DNA of 64,000 bases from a virus. Its lineage: Duplodnaviria; Caudoviricetes. This document shows, in pieces, positions 29,091-40,700 of the stretch. Every line of letters starts with the position of its first letter. Within the stretch, counting starts at the first letter, position 1. Below the pieces are notes generated by a model. The model was not told the origin of the DNA. It ran no database searches and saw nothing but the letters and a program-made list of their open reading frames with translations. A program made the translations under genes and the position numbers. The stretch is from positions 96,001 to 160,000 of IMG/VR virus record IMGVR_UViG_3300027804_000038. One strand, given 5' to 3'.

Positions 29091-29579
29091 ATGGCTGATT
29101 TACTAATGAAAATGCCCATACCTTATGAACCAAAAAAACAAAACAGGTTTATTTTAAGGTTTCCTTCTGAACTTGGAATTAACGAGTGGTTTGTTGAGTC
29201 GGCATCAAGACCAAAAATTACCATCGCTTCTAATGCAATTCCTTTCTTGAACACTGAAAGATATGTTGCTGGTAAGTATACATGGAACACTATTTCAGTT
29301 ACTTTCCGCGACCCAATCGGTCCTTCAGCCGCTCAGGCACTTATGGAATGGGTTCGTTTACACGCTGAATCTGTAACAGGACGTATGGGTTACGCTGCGG
29401 GATACAAAAAAGACATTGATTTAGAAATGTTAGACCCAACAGGAGTTGTAGTTGAAAAATGGAAATTAATTGGTACTTTTTTAACTGATGTTGACTTTAG
29501 TTCAGTCGCTTATACATCCGATGATTTAGTTAAAATCACCGCAACATTAAGACCTGACTATTGCGTATTATTATACTAA
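29091..29579 (+). CDS. Tail tube protein (gp19-like)
   Basis: PKKQNRF, RPKITI, AGKYTWNTISVTFRD, VEKWKLIGTF, ITATLRPD. Confidence 0.9.
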   Translation: MADLLMKMPIPYEPKKQNRFILRFPSELGINEWFVESASRPKITIASNAIPFLNTERYVAGKYTWNTISVTFRDPIGPSAAQALMEWVRLHAESVTGRMGYAAGYKKDIDLEMLDPTGVVVEKWKLIGTFLTDVDFSSVAYTSDDLVKITATLRPDYCVLLY

Positions 29580-29602
29580 TAATAAAATAAAATACTATTT
29601 AC

Positions 29603-29630
29603 AAATCCACACTTGTTGTGGATTTTTTAT
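29603..29630 (+). terminator. Intrinsic terminator after the tube gene
   Basis: AAATCCACA-loop-TGTGGATTT followed by a T tract; coordinates approximate. Confidence 0.75.
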
Positions 29631-29643
29631 TTAAAATATAATT

Positions 29644-30396
29644 ATGAACGAAAATATTGCGGGACAAGATAATTTTAGTTTACCACATGATGTGGTATTG
29701 TTACCATCACAAGGTAAATTTTACAAAAATAAGAAAAAAAGTGTTAAAGTTGGTTTTTTGACTGCCTCTGATGAAAATTTGTTAGCTAACGTTGGTAAAA
29801 TTACAGGTGAACAGTTATTATCACAACTCATTAGAAATAAATTATATGAACCTGAATTAAATCCAAATGATTTACTTGAAGGTGATATTGAGGCGATTTT
29901 ATTATTTTTAAGAAATACTTCTTTTGGACCTGAATATAATTTTTCACTGACTGACCCAGAAACAGGTCAACCTTTTAAGACTTCTGTGGTATTAGATGAA
30001 TTAAATTTTATTAAATCAAAAATTGAACCTTCATCTGACGGAACATTTGAAACTAAGTTACCTAAAACTGGCTCTGTTATTAAATTAAAACCGCTAACTT
30101 ACGGTGAAAAAATAGAAATTGAAAAAATGGTTGATTCATATCCACAAGGTATGGTGGCTCCTAAAGTTACTTGGAGATTAATGAAACAAATCATTGAAGT
30201 AAACGGTGACCAATCTAAGGAAGTAATTTCCAAATTTATTGAATCTATGCCAATTATGGATTCAAAATACATTACAAACTTTTTAAGTGAGAATGAACCA
30301 AGAATTGATTTAATGAGAGAAATTACAGCCCCGTCAGGAAAAAAGGTTAATGCGAGAGTATCCTTTGGGGCGGAGTTTTTTCGTCCTTTCTTCTGA
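29644..30396 (+). CDS. Tail/baseplate assembly chaperone (gp26-like)
   Basis: LPSQGKFY, LTASDENLL, GDIEAILLFLRNTSFG; lies between tube and tape measure. Confidence 0.65.
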   Translation: MNENIAGQDNFSLPHDVVLLPSQGKFYKNKKKSVKVGFLTASDENLLANVGKITGEQLLSQLIRNKLYEPELNPNDLLEGDIEAILLFLRNTSFGPEYNFSLTDPETGQPFKTSVVLDELNFIKSKIEPSSDGTFETKLPKTGSVIKLKPLTYGEKIEIEKMVDSYPQGMVAPKVTWRLMKQIIEVNGDQSKEVISKFIESMPIMDSKYITNFLSENEPRIDLMREITAPSGKKVNARVSFGAEFFRPFF

Positions 30397-30544
30397 TTAT
30401 ATAGAAAATCTATTAGACCAATACTATCTTATGGGGAAATTTCTAAACACCTCATACTCTGATTTTTTAATTATACCAACATACCAAAGAAACTTTTTGG
30501 TTAATAAAATAATTGAAAGAAATACGCCAAAAACAGATAGTTAA
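30350..30544 (+). CDS. Small gp51-like / G-T-type chaperone extension in the +1 frame
   Basis: YLMGKFLNTSYSDFLIIPTYQRNFLV resembles chaperone extensions; overlaps the previous ORF by 47 nt. Confidence 0.5.
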   Translation: MREYPLGRSFFVLSSDYIENLLDQYYLMGKFLNTSYSDFLIIPTYQRNFLVNKIIERNTPKTDS

Positions 30545-30568
30545 TTATTTATATTAAAAATATAATAT

Positions 30569-32563
30569 ATGTTTTTAGGCCCACCAGACCAATCCTCTTC
30601 AGAGTTATCAGGTAAAGATTTACTAAAAACCCTAACAGGGTTTAGAGCCGCTGAAGATTTGGCGTCGTCCTTTACAAGTGCTTTAGGGATTGTATCTGAA
30701 ATAGATAAAGAATTCGCAAAAGTTGTCTCAAAAATGGGAGTGGGTGATACCATGACCCAAGCTATTAAAAAGAATTTAGCTGAAGGTGCATTTGAGGCAC
30801 TTAAACTTGGGGGTTCTTTTGAAGACGCTGAGAAAATACAACAAAATTTTTTAGATACGTATGGTAGAAATGTAGTACTACAAGGTAAATTAACGGGAGA
30901 CATCCTTGCAACCTCTAAAGTAACAGGTGTTTTGGGTGATGCGTTAATGTCGTCATTTGCAGATGCTGGTATGTCAGCAAAAGATATTACAAAAGAAATG
31001 TCAACAGTAGTAGACGTTTCTAATAGTTTAGGGGTTAACGCTCAGGCAGTTTCTAGTAAGGTCACAAGTAATTTAGAAAAATTAAACAGATACGGATTCA
31101 CCAATGGGGTAGAAGGTTTAGCTAAAATGGCCGCTAGAGCGACAACCCTTAGGGTGGATATGGATACCACTTTTAATTTGGCCGAAAAATTATATTCACC
31201 TGAATCGGCAATTGATTTAGCTAGTTCATTACAAAGACTTGGAGCAGCATCAACAGAATTAACGGACCCATTAAGATTAATGGATTTGGCTCAAAATAAT
31301 GTACCTGAGTTACAAAATCAACTTGGGGAAATGTTTAAAACATACACATATTTTGATGAAAAAACTAAAAAGTTCCAAATTATGCCGAACGCAAGAAGGC
31401 AGTTAAGGGAAATTAGTACTGAATTAAGTATACCTATTGACCAAATAGAAAAGTTTGCTTTTGGAACTGCGGATTTAGATAAAAAATTATCTGAAATATC
31501 TTTTGGTGGGTTAGACATTGGGGAAGACACTAAAGAGATGATTGCTAATATGGCGACATTAGGTGAAGGAGGAGAGTATGAAATTACAACTAAAAATGGA
31601 GATGTACAAACCTTAGATAAATTTCTACAGTCATATCAAGGTAAAGAAGACGAATTAAAAAAATATTTTAAAGACCAAGAAGCTGAAGCGGCAAAAACAC
31701 CTGAAGAAAAAATGAGAGAAATTGCAACAAGTCAACTTGGTAAACTAGGTGAAATTGAGGCATCATCCAAAGCTCTTGCCGCAGCATTTGGTTTAAGTGT
31801 TGAAAAATCAGGCGCGGGAGATAAATTATTAGAAGCTGCAAAATCAGAATACGCCTCTCAAGCTGACACACTAATGAAGGCTATTGGACCTGACTCTGAA
31901 ATAGTTAAAGGGTTATCAAATATTGGTAAAGACATACCTCAGTTAATTGAAAAATTAACATCAGGTGATTTTATGGGTGCTTTAGATATGTTAAAAACAT
32001 CAGGAGGTATTGCGGTTGATAGCATTAATACAGCGGTTGATACGGTATTACAAGGTATTGGAGATAAATATGGGGTTAATTTAACCGATTTAAAAAATAA
32101 TATTGTTGATACCATTAAGGGAGGTTTCGGAACTGCAACAACTGCTTTATCAACTTTTACAGACGCTATAAATGGGACTAAATCTGTATGGGAATCAATA
32201 ACTGGATTTCTAAAAGAAAATTTACCTATTTTTACTGAAGACATGTATCTTGACCCAAAATCACAAACTTTTATTCAAACTGATTTTGGTAAAATAATTC
32301 CTGATGTTAATGATGCGGTATTGGCGGCGCCAAAAACACAAATCAATTCTATTCTTGAAGGTAACTCACCTACTTCAAGTGCTATGGCAAGTGTTGGAGG
32401 AAACTTCAATCATACCTTTACAGTTAACGTAACTGGATTATCAGGAACAAATAACCAAGAATTGGAAACTAAATTAGTACAAATGTTAACCGTAAATAAC
32501 ACAGTCCAAAGAGCGGTTGAACAAAGTATGAAGAATGTAAATTTTGGTCTAAATCAGGATTAA
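30569..32563 (+). CDS. Tape measure protein
   Basis: Helical, Ala/Gly/Leu/Lys-rich, follows tube and chaperones. Confidence 0.75.
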   Translation: MFLGPPDQSSSELSGKDLLKTLTGFRAAEDLASSFTSALGIVSEIDKEFAKVVSKMGVGDTMTQAIKKNLAEGAFEALKLGGSFEDAEKIQQNFLDTYGRNVVLQGKLTGDILATSKVTGVLGDALMSSFADAGMSAKDITKEMSTVVDVSNSLGVNAQAVSSKVTSNLEKLNRYGFTNGVEGLAKMAARATTLRVDMDTTFNLAEKLYSPESAIDLASSLQRLGAASTELTDPLRLMDLAQNNVPELQNQLGEMFKTYTYFDEKTKKFQIMPNARRQLREISTELSIPIDQIEKFAFGTADLDKKLSEISFGGLDIGEDTKEMIANMATLGEGGEYEITTKNGDVQTLDKFLQSYQGKEDELKKYFKDQEAEAAKTPEEKMREIATSQLGKLGEIEASSKALAAAFGLSVEKSGAGDKLLEAAKSEYASQADTLMKAIGPDSEIVKGLSNIGKDIPQLIEKLTSGDFMGALDMLKTSGGIAVDSINTAVDTVLQGIGDKYGVNLTDLKNNIVDTIKGGFGTATTALSTFTDAINGTKSVWESITGFLKENLPIFTEDMYLDPKSQTFIQTDFGKIIPDVNDAVLAAPKTQINSILEGNSPTSSAMASVGGNFNHTFTVNVTGLSGTNNQELETKLVQMLTVNNTVQRAVEQSMKNVNFGLNQD

Positions 32564-32599
32564 AAATTTTTTTTTCTCTATTTATAATAAAAATAGTAT

Positions 32600-35500
32600 A
32601 TGTCAAATTTGTTATCATTTGCGGGTTCTGAAGGATTTAGGAAAACACTTATTGCTAAAAATTTGGCGCCATATCAGGTACCTGGCGGATTTACATCATC
32701 TAACGGACCACAAACATACGAAGTTGTTTTGTCTGATAACACTCCAGTAGATACCCCAAATGTGTATCAAGATGTTTTTGAAGAAGCTAATGATGCCACA
32801 AAAAGTAATGTGTATGGTCAAGGTATAAAGGTTGATATTGCAGAATTATTAAACCTTAATTCAGGTTCAGTATCTATGCAACAACAAGGTAATTCTAATT
32901 TACAATTAGAATCTAATGTGCAACAACAAAATTATACAACTTCAGATACTAAATTAGAATTAATAAATGAATTTTTTATAGATAACAATGAAGTTGTAAA
33001 TAGATTCATTCCTGAAAACGGTTACCAAGATTTGTACGTGGTAACTGATAATATATTACCAAAAAACACACCAGTTGGTGTTTATCCAAAGTTTCAGATA
33101 GGTGAGTTTAATTTATCAGACATTATAACAGGTGATTATAATCTATCACAAGATTCTTATTTACAACAAATATCTGTACAATACTTGTTAGATGCATTTC
33201 AAGTAAGAATTGCTAGAGAGATTGAAAAAAATACAATAGGTAGAGTTAATCTTGATGCGTTTAGAGACCCATTTAGTGTTGCGTTATTGGCTTCAGGACA
33301 GGAACCTTTAATATATAAAAATTATACCATAACAGTTCCTGATGGAATATTTGACCAAGCTAAATTTTTCTTAACTAAAATTACAGGGACTTATGTACCG
33401 ACTTCGCCTATTGAAGGGGAGTATACCTCGGACCCTGAGAGACAAAAAACTAAGGTAGGACAATTAATTGAAAATGTTGCGAATAGAATATATAAACCCG
33501 CAAACCCAAATAATAATCCATCTATAAAATTTTTAAATAACACTGGTAGTGGACAAAAATCCGTGTTATTTACAAGTTTAGGTTATAACAGGTTTAAACC
33601 AGCATACGAAGAAAACAAAACACAAATAGGTTTAGTTATTGATAATCTTTTTAATAAAGATAATTCTATAACAAATTTTTATGTTGGTAGTGAAACTAAT
33701 GAACCAAGTCAGGTAACGTCACCAGTTAATTTATCACCAAAAGATGCTTATAATAATCAAACAAATACTATTGTTTTTGGACCTGATAAGTTATCACAAC
33801 TATACGAAGGAGACCAATTAGATAACTATAAATTTGGTTTAAATGGTAATGCCTACACCGATGAACCAAGAACTGATGGAGGATTTACTTGGACATCTTT
33901 AAAAAATAATCAAGACGCTGGTAAGAATGTCGGTAGAGGTGGTGAAAGTTTTGGAACTAATAATAATTTTAATTCTATTAGTTCATATTTTCAGTCATCT
34001 GAATCAGTTAATGTTGAATTCAAACCTGGGTCAATATTAGATGAAACACAAAGAATTATAGATTCAGCGCCTGCTAGTGGTAAAGAAAGATTACAACATG
34101 TTGGAAATGCTATGAACCAAATATCTAAAGTTTTTAATGATGGATATAAAGAATTAACTAAAGGTTCAAAAGTATTAAAGTATGTTAATAAAAACGGAAG
34201 AGAGGTTGGTGAAGAATATTGTAGAGTATTCGCTAAAGACAGACCATATCTTACATATGGTGATTTACAAGCAACTGTTGCTAATGCGGATGGAGTTGAA
34301 ACTAACGGTAATATAAGAAAGTTTAGTTATTCTGTACTTGACAGTACGTACAATTTAAATATTGCCCCTTTAAAAGGTCAAGATTCTACAAATATTAGAG
34401 ATAATAAAGTAAAAAAATACATGTTTTCTATTGAAAACTTGGCATGGAGAAATACTCCAGAGTTTACTGATTTACCTGATTGTGAAAAAGGTCCTAATGG
34501 TGGTAGAATAATGTGGTTTCCACCTTATAATTTATCTCTTGGACAAGAATCAAGTACTCCTAAATTTAATGCTACTAATTTTTTAGGTAGACCTGAACCA
34601 ATATATACCTATGAAAATACTGATAGAGGTAGTAGTATTAGTTTTGATATTGTTGTAGACCACCCATCTGTTTTAAATTTAATTGTAAAAAATGAATTAG
34701 CTAAAGAAAATGGACAAACGGTTAACCAAGTTGTTGCATCATTTTTCGCTGGATGTAAAAAATATGATATATATGAATTGGCTAGAAAATTTAATACTAT
34801 AAGTAAATCAACTATTGAAGAATTATATCAGGAAGTACTACAAAGTAATCAAACAACAAATGAGGATAAAAAAGCAGCTTTTAATGGATTGGCAAACGGA
34901 GGTCAATCTCCACAAGTATCTGAAGAAAATACAGAATTTCCATTTGATTATACAAATTTAGGATTTTACTTTGATGAATACTCACCAACGCAAGGAACAA
35001 TACCTTACAATGTTTTATTAGATGGATATCTAAATGAAAAGGGAGAATACTTGAATCAAAACGAACAATCTGAAACTGAAACAATACAAATCAATCAATT
35101 TTTTGACATTATTGATGAAAATTATGCATCGATTCAAAACTTATTACTTAATATTTCAACAACCCTAAACAATAACCAAGGGGTAGTAACAATATATTTA
35201 AATGGAACAAAACCACCACAAACAGTATCTTCGCCAAATGATTGGTTTGAATCAGTTAAGTTATATATATTAAATTTTCAATTACCTGAATCTAATAATA
35301 TTACTTTACAAAATTTTTATGAAAAAAATAAATTGTTCATTAAACAAGAAGATTTAGGTACTGTACAAAATGCAGAAATAAAAAGTTCAACACCTATTGA
35401 TACAATTAATTGTGGTGTATTACCAGTTGACGAATTTGGAAATACTGCGGATAAAAAATATTCATTAACTGCTGCCGCTTGTAGGGCGGTAAGAATTAAA

Positions 35501-37429
35501 AAAATAACATTAGAACCAAACACCCCACAAGGACAAACCGATGGTAATACTGATAACAACAATATACCAAATCAACAATCTTTGAATGGAATTAAACCAC
35601 AACAACAGATTGATTTAACAACAAAATCTAAAGGTATTAGTAAAAGAATCCTTAGGGAACTTTTGACTGAGTGCAATTATTTTGAAATGGTTAAGTCTAC
35701 AGACCCTATAATATATGATTCATTTAAGAATAAAATAAAATACTTTAACCCAGCTTTTCACGCTATAACACCTGAAGGTTTAAACTCAAGATTAACTTTT
35801 CTACAACAATGTGCAAGACCAGGTAGAACTATTGCGGTAAATCAAGGGAACGGGCAAGAATCGATAATTAATGATTCTTTTAATACCAATTTTGGAACAC
35901 CACCAATATTGGTACTTAGGATTGGTGATTTTTATCACACTAAAATAGTACCAAATTCGCTGACTATTCAGTACGAAAATTTGTTTGACCTAAATCCTGA
36001 AGGTATCGGAGTCCAACCAATGATTGCAAAAGTAACTTTAGGATTTAGCATGATTGGAGGACATGGATTAAAAGAACCCGTTGAAAGATTACAAAATGCA
36101 TTGTCTTTTAATTATTATGCTAATACTGAGGTTTATGATGAAAGAGCCGAAGCAACTGAAGATACAACTGCGGTTGATAATGCATTATTGTCCGCAATTA
36201 ATAATGAAGAACCTATTATTACTGTTAATAATGTTGGTAGTACAACAATAAATGATGGAGGTAATACAATTGGTAATATACTTTCAGCATCAACTTCAAC
36301 TGGTGGAGTACAAAATGGTACTATTGAATACAAAACATTTTTTAATTCATTTGTTGGACAAACACAAGACTATTTTAATGGAATAACAGAAAGTTTAAAA
36401 AATATTTCATCTGAGTTTAATTTAGGGGTTTTACAACAAATAAACACCGAAAAAAAATATTATTTAGGTAGTACTGTTACTAATTCAGGTAGTACAATGA
36501 CACGTATTTTTGGTAAACCCATAAAATGGGAGTATTATTTGCAACAAGTTGCAAATCAATTTATTGAGGATATTGATAATGATGATGAGAAAATAATTGA
36601 TATATTAAAAACACCTGGAAATTCATCTCAAACAGTTACTAACTCTAACATTAATAAAATTAAAAATAATTATAAAAATTTTATTAATACTTACGTTAAT
36701 AACGAATTTACAAGCATTGCAACATCCATACAAACTACAACAGAAACTCAAGTTAATTACATACAAAATACAAGAAAAATGGATTTTATAAGTATGAGTG
36801 GAGATGGTAAAGTGTTAAATGATGGTACTCCAAAAATATATGTATTAAGTGGAACTACTGAAAACGGAAATGACACATTCAACGACTTCCAAACTGACTA
36901 CAGTAATATTGTAAATTCTCTAAATTCGTATTATAACTATTTAAATGGTACTTTAATTTATACTGTAACACAATCAACTATATTTAGTGCAATAACTGCT
37001 AATATGATTGCTAAAACTGAAACTGAAAAACGAGCATATATTTTATTATCTAAAGTTATTCTTGATGAAAATAGTAGAACAAATTTTGTGGATGAATTAA
37101 TTAAAAATATAACAGACGAGACACAAAAAAATTATGCAAAAGAACAAATAACTTTATATGTTAATAATTCGTATTATAATTTGTTTAGTGATGAAAAAAC
37201 TGCTGAAACTACAAAAGTTGATAATTTAATTAGTAATGAATCGTATCAACAGTACGCACAGTTTAATCCACAAATTAATGGAGTTAGTTTAACCGACAAA
37301 GAAAGAGTTATGAGTTTTGTAACTTCAGGAGGAACAGATTTCCAAAAAACAGAACTTAAAGATATATATGCGACAGTTAACAGTAATAATGATGACATGT
37401 TTAATGGAAAAAAACAATTTAATGGATAA
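32600..37429 (+). CDS. Large baseplate/tube-initiator protein (1609 aa)
   Basis: Two tube-initiator-like segments (WFPPYNL...FLGRPEPIYTY...ISFDIVVDHP; PILVLRIGDFYHTKIV...LTIQYE); position after the tape measure. Confidence 0.6.
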   Translation: MSNLLSFAGSEGFRKTLIAKNLAPYQVPGGFTSSNGPQTYEVVLSDNTPVDTPNVYQDVFEEANDATKSNVYGQGIKVDIAELLNLNSGSVSMQQQGNSNLQLESNVQQQNYTTSDTKLELINEFFIDNNEVVNRFIPENGYQDLYVVTDNILPKNTPVGVYPKFQIGEFNLSDIITGDYNLSQDSYLQQISVQYLLDAFQVRIAREIEKNTIGRVNLDAFRDPFSVALLASGQEPLIYKNYTITVPDGIFDQAKFFLTKITGTYVPTSPIEGEYTSDPERQKTKVGQLIENVANRIYKPANPNNNPSIKFLNNTGSGQKSVLFTSLGYNRFKPAYEENKTQIGLVIDNLFNKDNSITNFYVGSETNEPSQVTSPVNLSPKDAYNNQTNTIVFGPDKLSQLYEGDQLDNYKFGLNGNAYTDEPRTDGGFTWTSLKNNQDAGKNVGRGGESFGTNNNFNSISSYFQSSESVNVEFKPGSILDETQRIIDSAPASGKERLQHVGNAMNQISKVFNDGYKELTKGSKVLKYVNKNGREVGEEYCRVFAKDRPYLTYGDLQATVANADGVETNGNIRKFSYSVLDSTYNLNIAPLKGQDSTNIRDNKVKKYMFSIENLAWRNTPEFTDLPDCEKGPNGGRIMWFPPYNLSLGQESSTPKFNATNFLGRPEPIYTYENTDRGSSISFDIVVDHPSVLNLIVKNELAKENGQTVNQVVASFFAGCKKYDIYELARKFNTISKSTIEELYQEVLQSNQTTNEDKKAAFNGLANGGQSPQVSEENTEFPFDYTNLGFYFDEYSPTQGTIPYNVLLDGYLNEKGEYLNQNEQSETETIQINQFFDIIDENYASIQNLLLNISTTLNNNQGVVTIYLNGTKPPQTVSSPNDWFESVKLYILNFQLPESNNITLQNFYEKNKLFIKQEDLGTVQNAEIKSSTPIDTINCGVLPVDEFGNTADKKYSLTAAACRAVRIKKITLEPNTPQGQTDGNTDNNNIPNQQSLNGIKPQQQIDLTTKSKGISKRILRELLTECNYFEMVKSTDPIIYDSFKNKIKYFNPAFHAITPEGLNSRLTFLQQCARPGRTIAVNQGNGQESIINDSFNTNFGTPPILVLRIGDFYHTKIVPNSLTIQYENLFDLNPEGIGVQPMIAKVTLGFSMIGGHGLKEPVERLQNALSFNYYANTEVYDERAEATEDTTAVDNALLSAINNEEPIITVNNVGSTTINDGGNTIGNILSASTSTGGVQNGTIEYKTFFNSFVGQTQDYFNGITESLKNISSEFNLGVLQQINTEKKYYLGSTVTNSGSTMTRIFGKPIKWEYYLQQVANQFIEDIDNDDEKIIDILKTPGNSSQTVTNSNINKIKNNYKNFINTYVNNEFTSIATSIQTTTETQVNYIQNTRKMDFISMSGDGKVLNDGTPKIYVLSGTTENGNDTFNDFQTDYSNIVNSLNSYYNYLNGTLIYTVTQSTIFSAITANMIAKTETEKRAYILLSKVILDENSRTNFVDELIKNITDETQKNYAKEQITLYVNNSYYNLFSDEKTAETTKVDNLISNESYQQYAQFNPQINGVSLTDKERVMSFVTSGGTDFQKTELKDIYATVNSNNDDMFNGKKQFNG

Positions 37430-37749
37430 TGAATGAATATTTTAATAGATATAACAATTTAATTGTTAATGGAGAACAAATTGTAATACCATACGTTTCT
37501 TTACCTGCAAAAAGTACAGATAAAGTTTATATATATCGAGAAGGGGTATCTAGGTTAGACAAAGTATCCCAATCATATTATGATTCTCCTTATTTTGGAT
37601 GGTTAATTTTATTAGCTAATGGGCAATATGGTGGTTCAGAAATTAATATACCAAATAACGCAACCTTAAAAATACCATTTCCTTTAACAACATCTCTATT
37701 AGATTATAAATCAGCATTAGATAACTATTTCTATTATTATGGCAAGTAA
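37429..37749 (+). CDS. LysM/gpX-like baseplate protein
   Basis: RLDKVSQSYYDSPYFGWLILLAN...LKIP. Confidence 0.75.
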   Translation: MNEYFNRYNNLIVNGEQIVIPYVSLPAKSTDKVYIYREGVSRLDKVSQSYYDSPYFGWLILLANGQYGGSEINIPNNATLKIPFPLTTSLLDYKSALDNYFYYYGK

Positions 37750-40700
37750 AAACACTAATATATATGTTGAATCAGATTTTAATAATATTTTCATTGTAAA
37801 CCCAAATAAAGTTATTAATGATGATGGAACTGTTGACGATAGATTTGTAAAACAAGAAGACCTTGTTATGTATGCCAACTTGGAGTGTAGTTTACAACCA
37901 AGAAGTAGACTAATTGTTGGTGAAGATAGTCAAAGTTTACAAACAATACAAATTGCTTCTGTTAATTTTTTAAAACCTGGAAATAAAAAATATTTAACAA
38001 CAGATTGGACGGATTTACAAACCAAAAACATACAAGAAAATAATAACATTAATAGTGAATTACTTGGTATTACAAATATTTCATATAAAGTAGGGCCTAG
38101 TTTTGTTCCGACAATTACTGTATCATTAGAAGATATTAGAGGTAGGGCTTTATTTGAATCAGGTAACGACTCAATATACTCAGTATTTTTTAATTTACCT
38201 TACCCAACCTTTTATTTAACTATGAAAGGGTATTACGGTAAAGCAGTTAGATATCCTTTAATCTTACAAAAATTTCATGGGAGCTTTGACCAATCAAGTG
38301 GTAATTTTTTAATAACTTTAAATTTTATAGGATATAAATTTAATGTATTGACAGATGTTGCCCAAGGGTATCTAATGGCAACTCCACAAATGTACACTAA
38401 AAGGTATCTACAAAATATACAAACTTCATCTTCTTCACAAGTAGATGCGTCAGTTGGTACGATTAATAACAACGACTCTCCTGTTAATTCTATAATAACA
38501 CAAGAGGGATACGAAAAAATAAAAGAAGTCTATAAATTATATAAGAGTAAAGGATTAATATCTCAGGATTTTCCAGAATTAACAGTACAACAATTAATAA
38601 ATAAATTAGAAAATTTTGAAAAAAGTGTATTAGATAATTTTGGACAAATCTCAGTTGAGGAATTAACAAATGCTAAAACATATGAAAGTATTTTAGATGA
38701 TTTTAATAGAGAGGTTTTTACTGCAAAATCACCTAAATCATGGTTTAATAAGAATTTGGACAGTAAAAATTTTTATATTGTAAAAGATTTTGATGGAAAA
38801 TCATATAAAGCATACACTTATAAACCTGAAATTATAGAGTTTAGCTCTACTGTAAAAGAATTAGATACGTTAATTGATGAAAAAAATAATAAGTTAAATG
38901 ACGTACCAACGTTTGGGAAAAATGGTAAAAGATATAAAATTGCAAAAAAAGTTAAAAACACTAATGTTTATAGAATACCGCCAATATTGATTGCGGATGT
39001 TGATAAAACAGAAACTGCTAAACAAAGATTTAATACTCAAAATCCGTCAAGTACTCAAATTAACTCTATTGATAATGAGTTAAATAAAATACAAGAAAAA
39101 ATAGATAACGAACAAAAAAAGGCTTCTCAAAATTTACCGAATACTGAACAGTTTTTTTTCATTTTAGAGGGAGAAAAATACTTCAACGGAACCATCAACG
39201 AGATAAAAAAAGAATTACAAGGATATAAAAATAAGATTGAATCAAATTTAACTGAAGAGATGATTAAATTATTAGAATCATCTAAAGGTATAGGATTTAA
39301 TCCTACTATTCGTAATGTTTTAGCGGTTATCATGGCATCTACAGACGCTTTTTTAAGATTAATGAATGATGTACATAAAAAGGCTTTTGAAAATAGAAAT
39401 AATCTTAAAAAGAAACAGGCAGTATCTGCTGATGTAAAAAACGAACCTGATTCACCTGTATATCCATGGCCTCAATATTCTAAAATTATTGACATTGATG
39501 GATGTCAACAAAAGTTTGAAATAAAATATCCTGGTGACCCTGAATATATTTCAGAGACGGGAGCCAATGATTACCAAGCTTGGCCCGAAGTAGAATTTGT
39601 TGAGGAATTTATTAAAGGATACTTACAAAGACAAATACCACCCGTTGTTTCGGCGGACGAAGAAAATTCATTAACTGCTATTAATAGATTGTTAGTTTCG
39701 GCATTTGACACACCCTCAAATATCTCATATTCAGATTTACAAATAATACCATTTTTATATGAGATATGGGAAAGAATAGAATCAATTGCTAATTACCAAG
39801 GGTTTGTTAGAAACACTCAATTTACAACTATTTTAAATTCAATTCAGGCATTTGAGGCTTCAAATATAATAAAAGGGTTAGGAATAAACTCACCACAATT
39901 AATACAAATATTAAAATTCACAGGATTTAATCCAAATACTTATTTTGAATATCTTAGAGACGTATCAAACGGAGGTACTGGACAATATTGGCAAAAATTA
40001 ATAAGAGGAAGAATAAACACTCCATACTTAGAATCTGAAATAAATAATAGTTCTAAAATTATTAATGTTGATTTGCCAATAATTAATACTTCTGTCGTTA
40101 CTAATGATAATGAAGATGTTAAATTACCTTTAACAAATTATGTGAATTCCACAAAAACTAACTTTGAAGAGTTTACTGATATATACCCTTTTACCGATGA
40201 AGAATGGAGAAGTAATAATTTAGTTAATTCTATTTTTGGTAAAAAATATACTAATTTTAATAATACAGAACAAACTTTATTCTTTAATAATTTTACAAAT
40301 AAAATATCTAATTATAATTCTGAAAAAATTATTGACAACACAGGTAACAGTTTAGAAAATAGGCCATTTACCACCTTCAAATTTATGACAAATAAAATTG
40401 ATTTTCCAGTTGCTCAGTATAGTTTTGAAGAATTTTACAATAGTAGAACTCCTTCAGATTTTAATTTAACTGAGGGATATGTACAATATGATGGGTATAA
40501 CGGATTAGTTGGTAATAACCAAACTACAAGTATTTTAAACACGCCATTTTTTGTTAAAGCCATCCAAGACGGAGCTGAAAAAGAAAGACAAAATATTGAA
40601 AATCCTTATATTGAAGCGTCTTATTACTTTTTAAATAGTTTACCACTGTCAACTACAAAAGAAACTTTAATATCTAAGATAGGTAATAATGAGATTGTTA

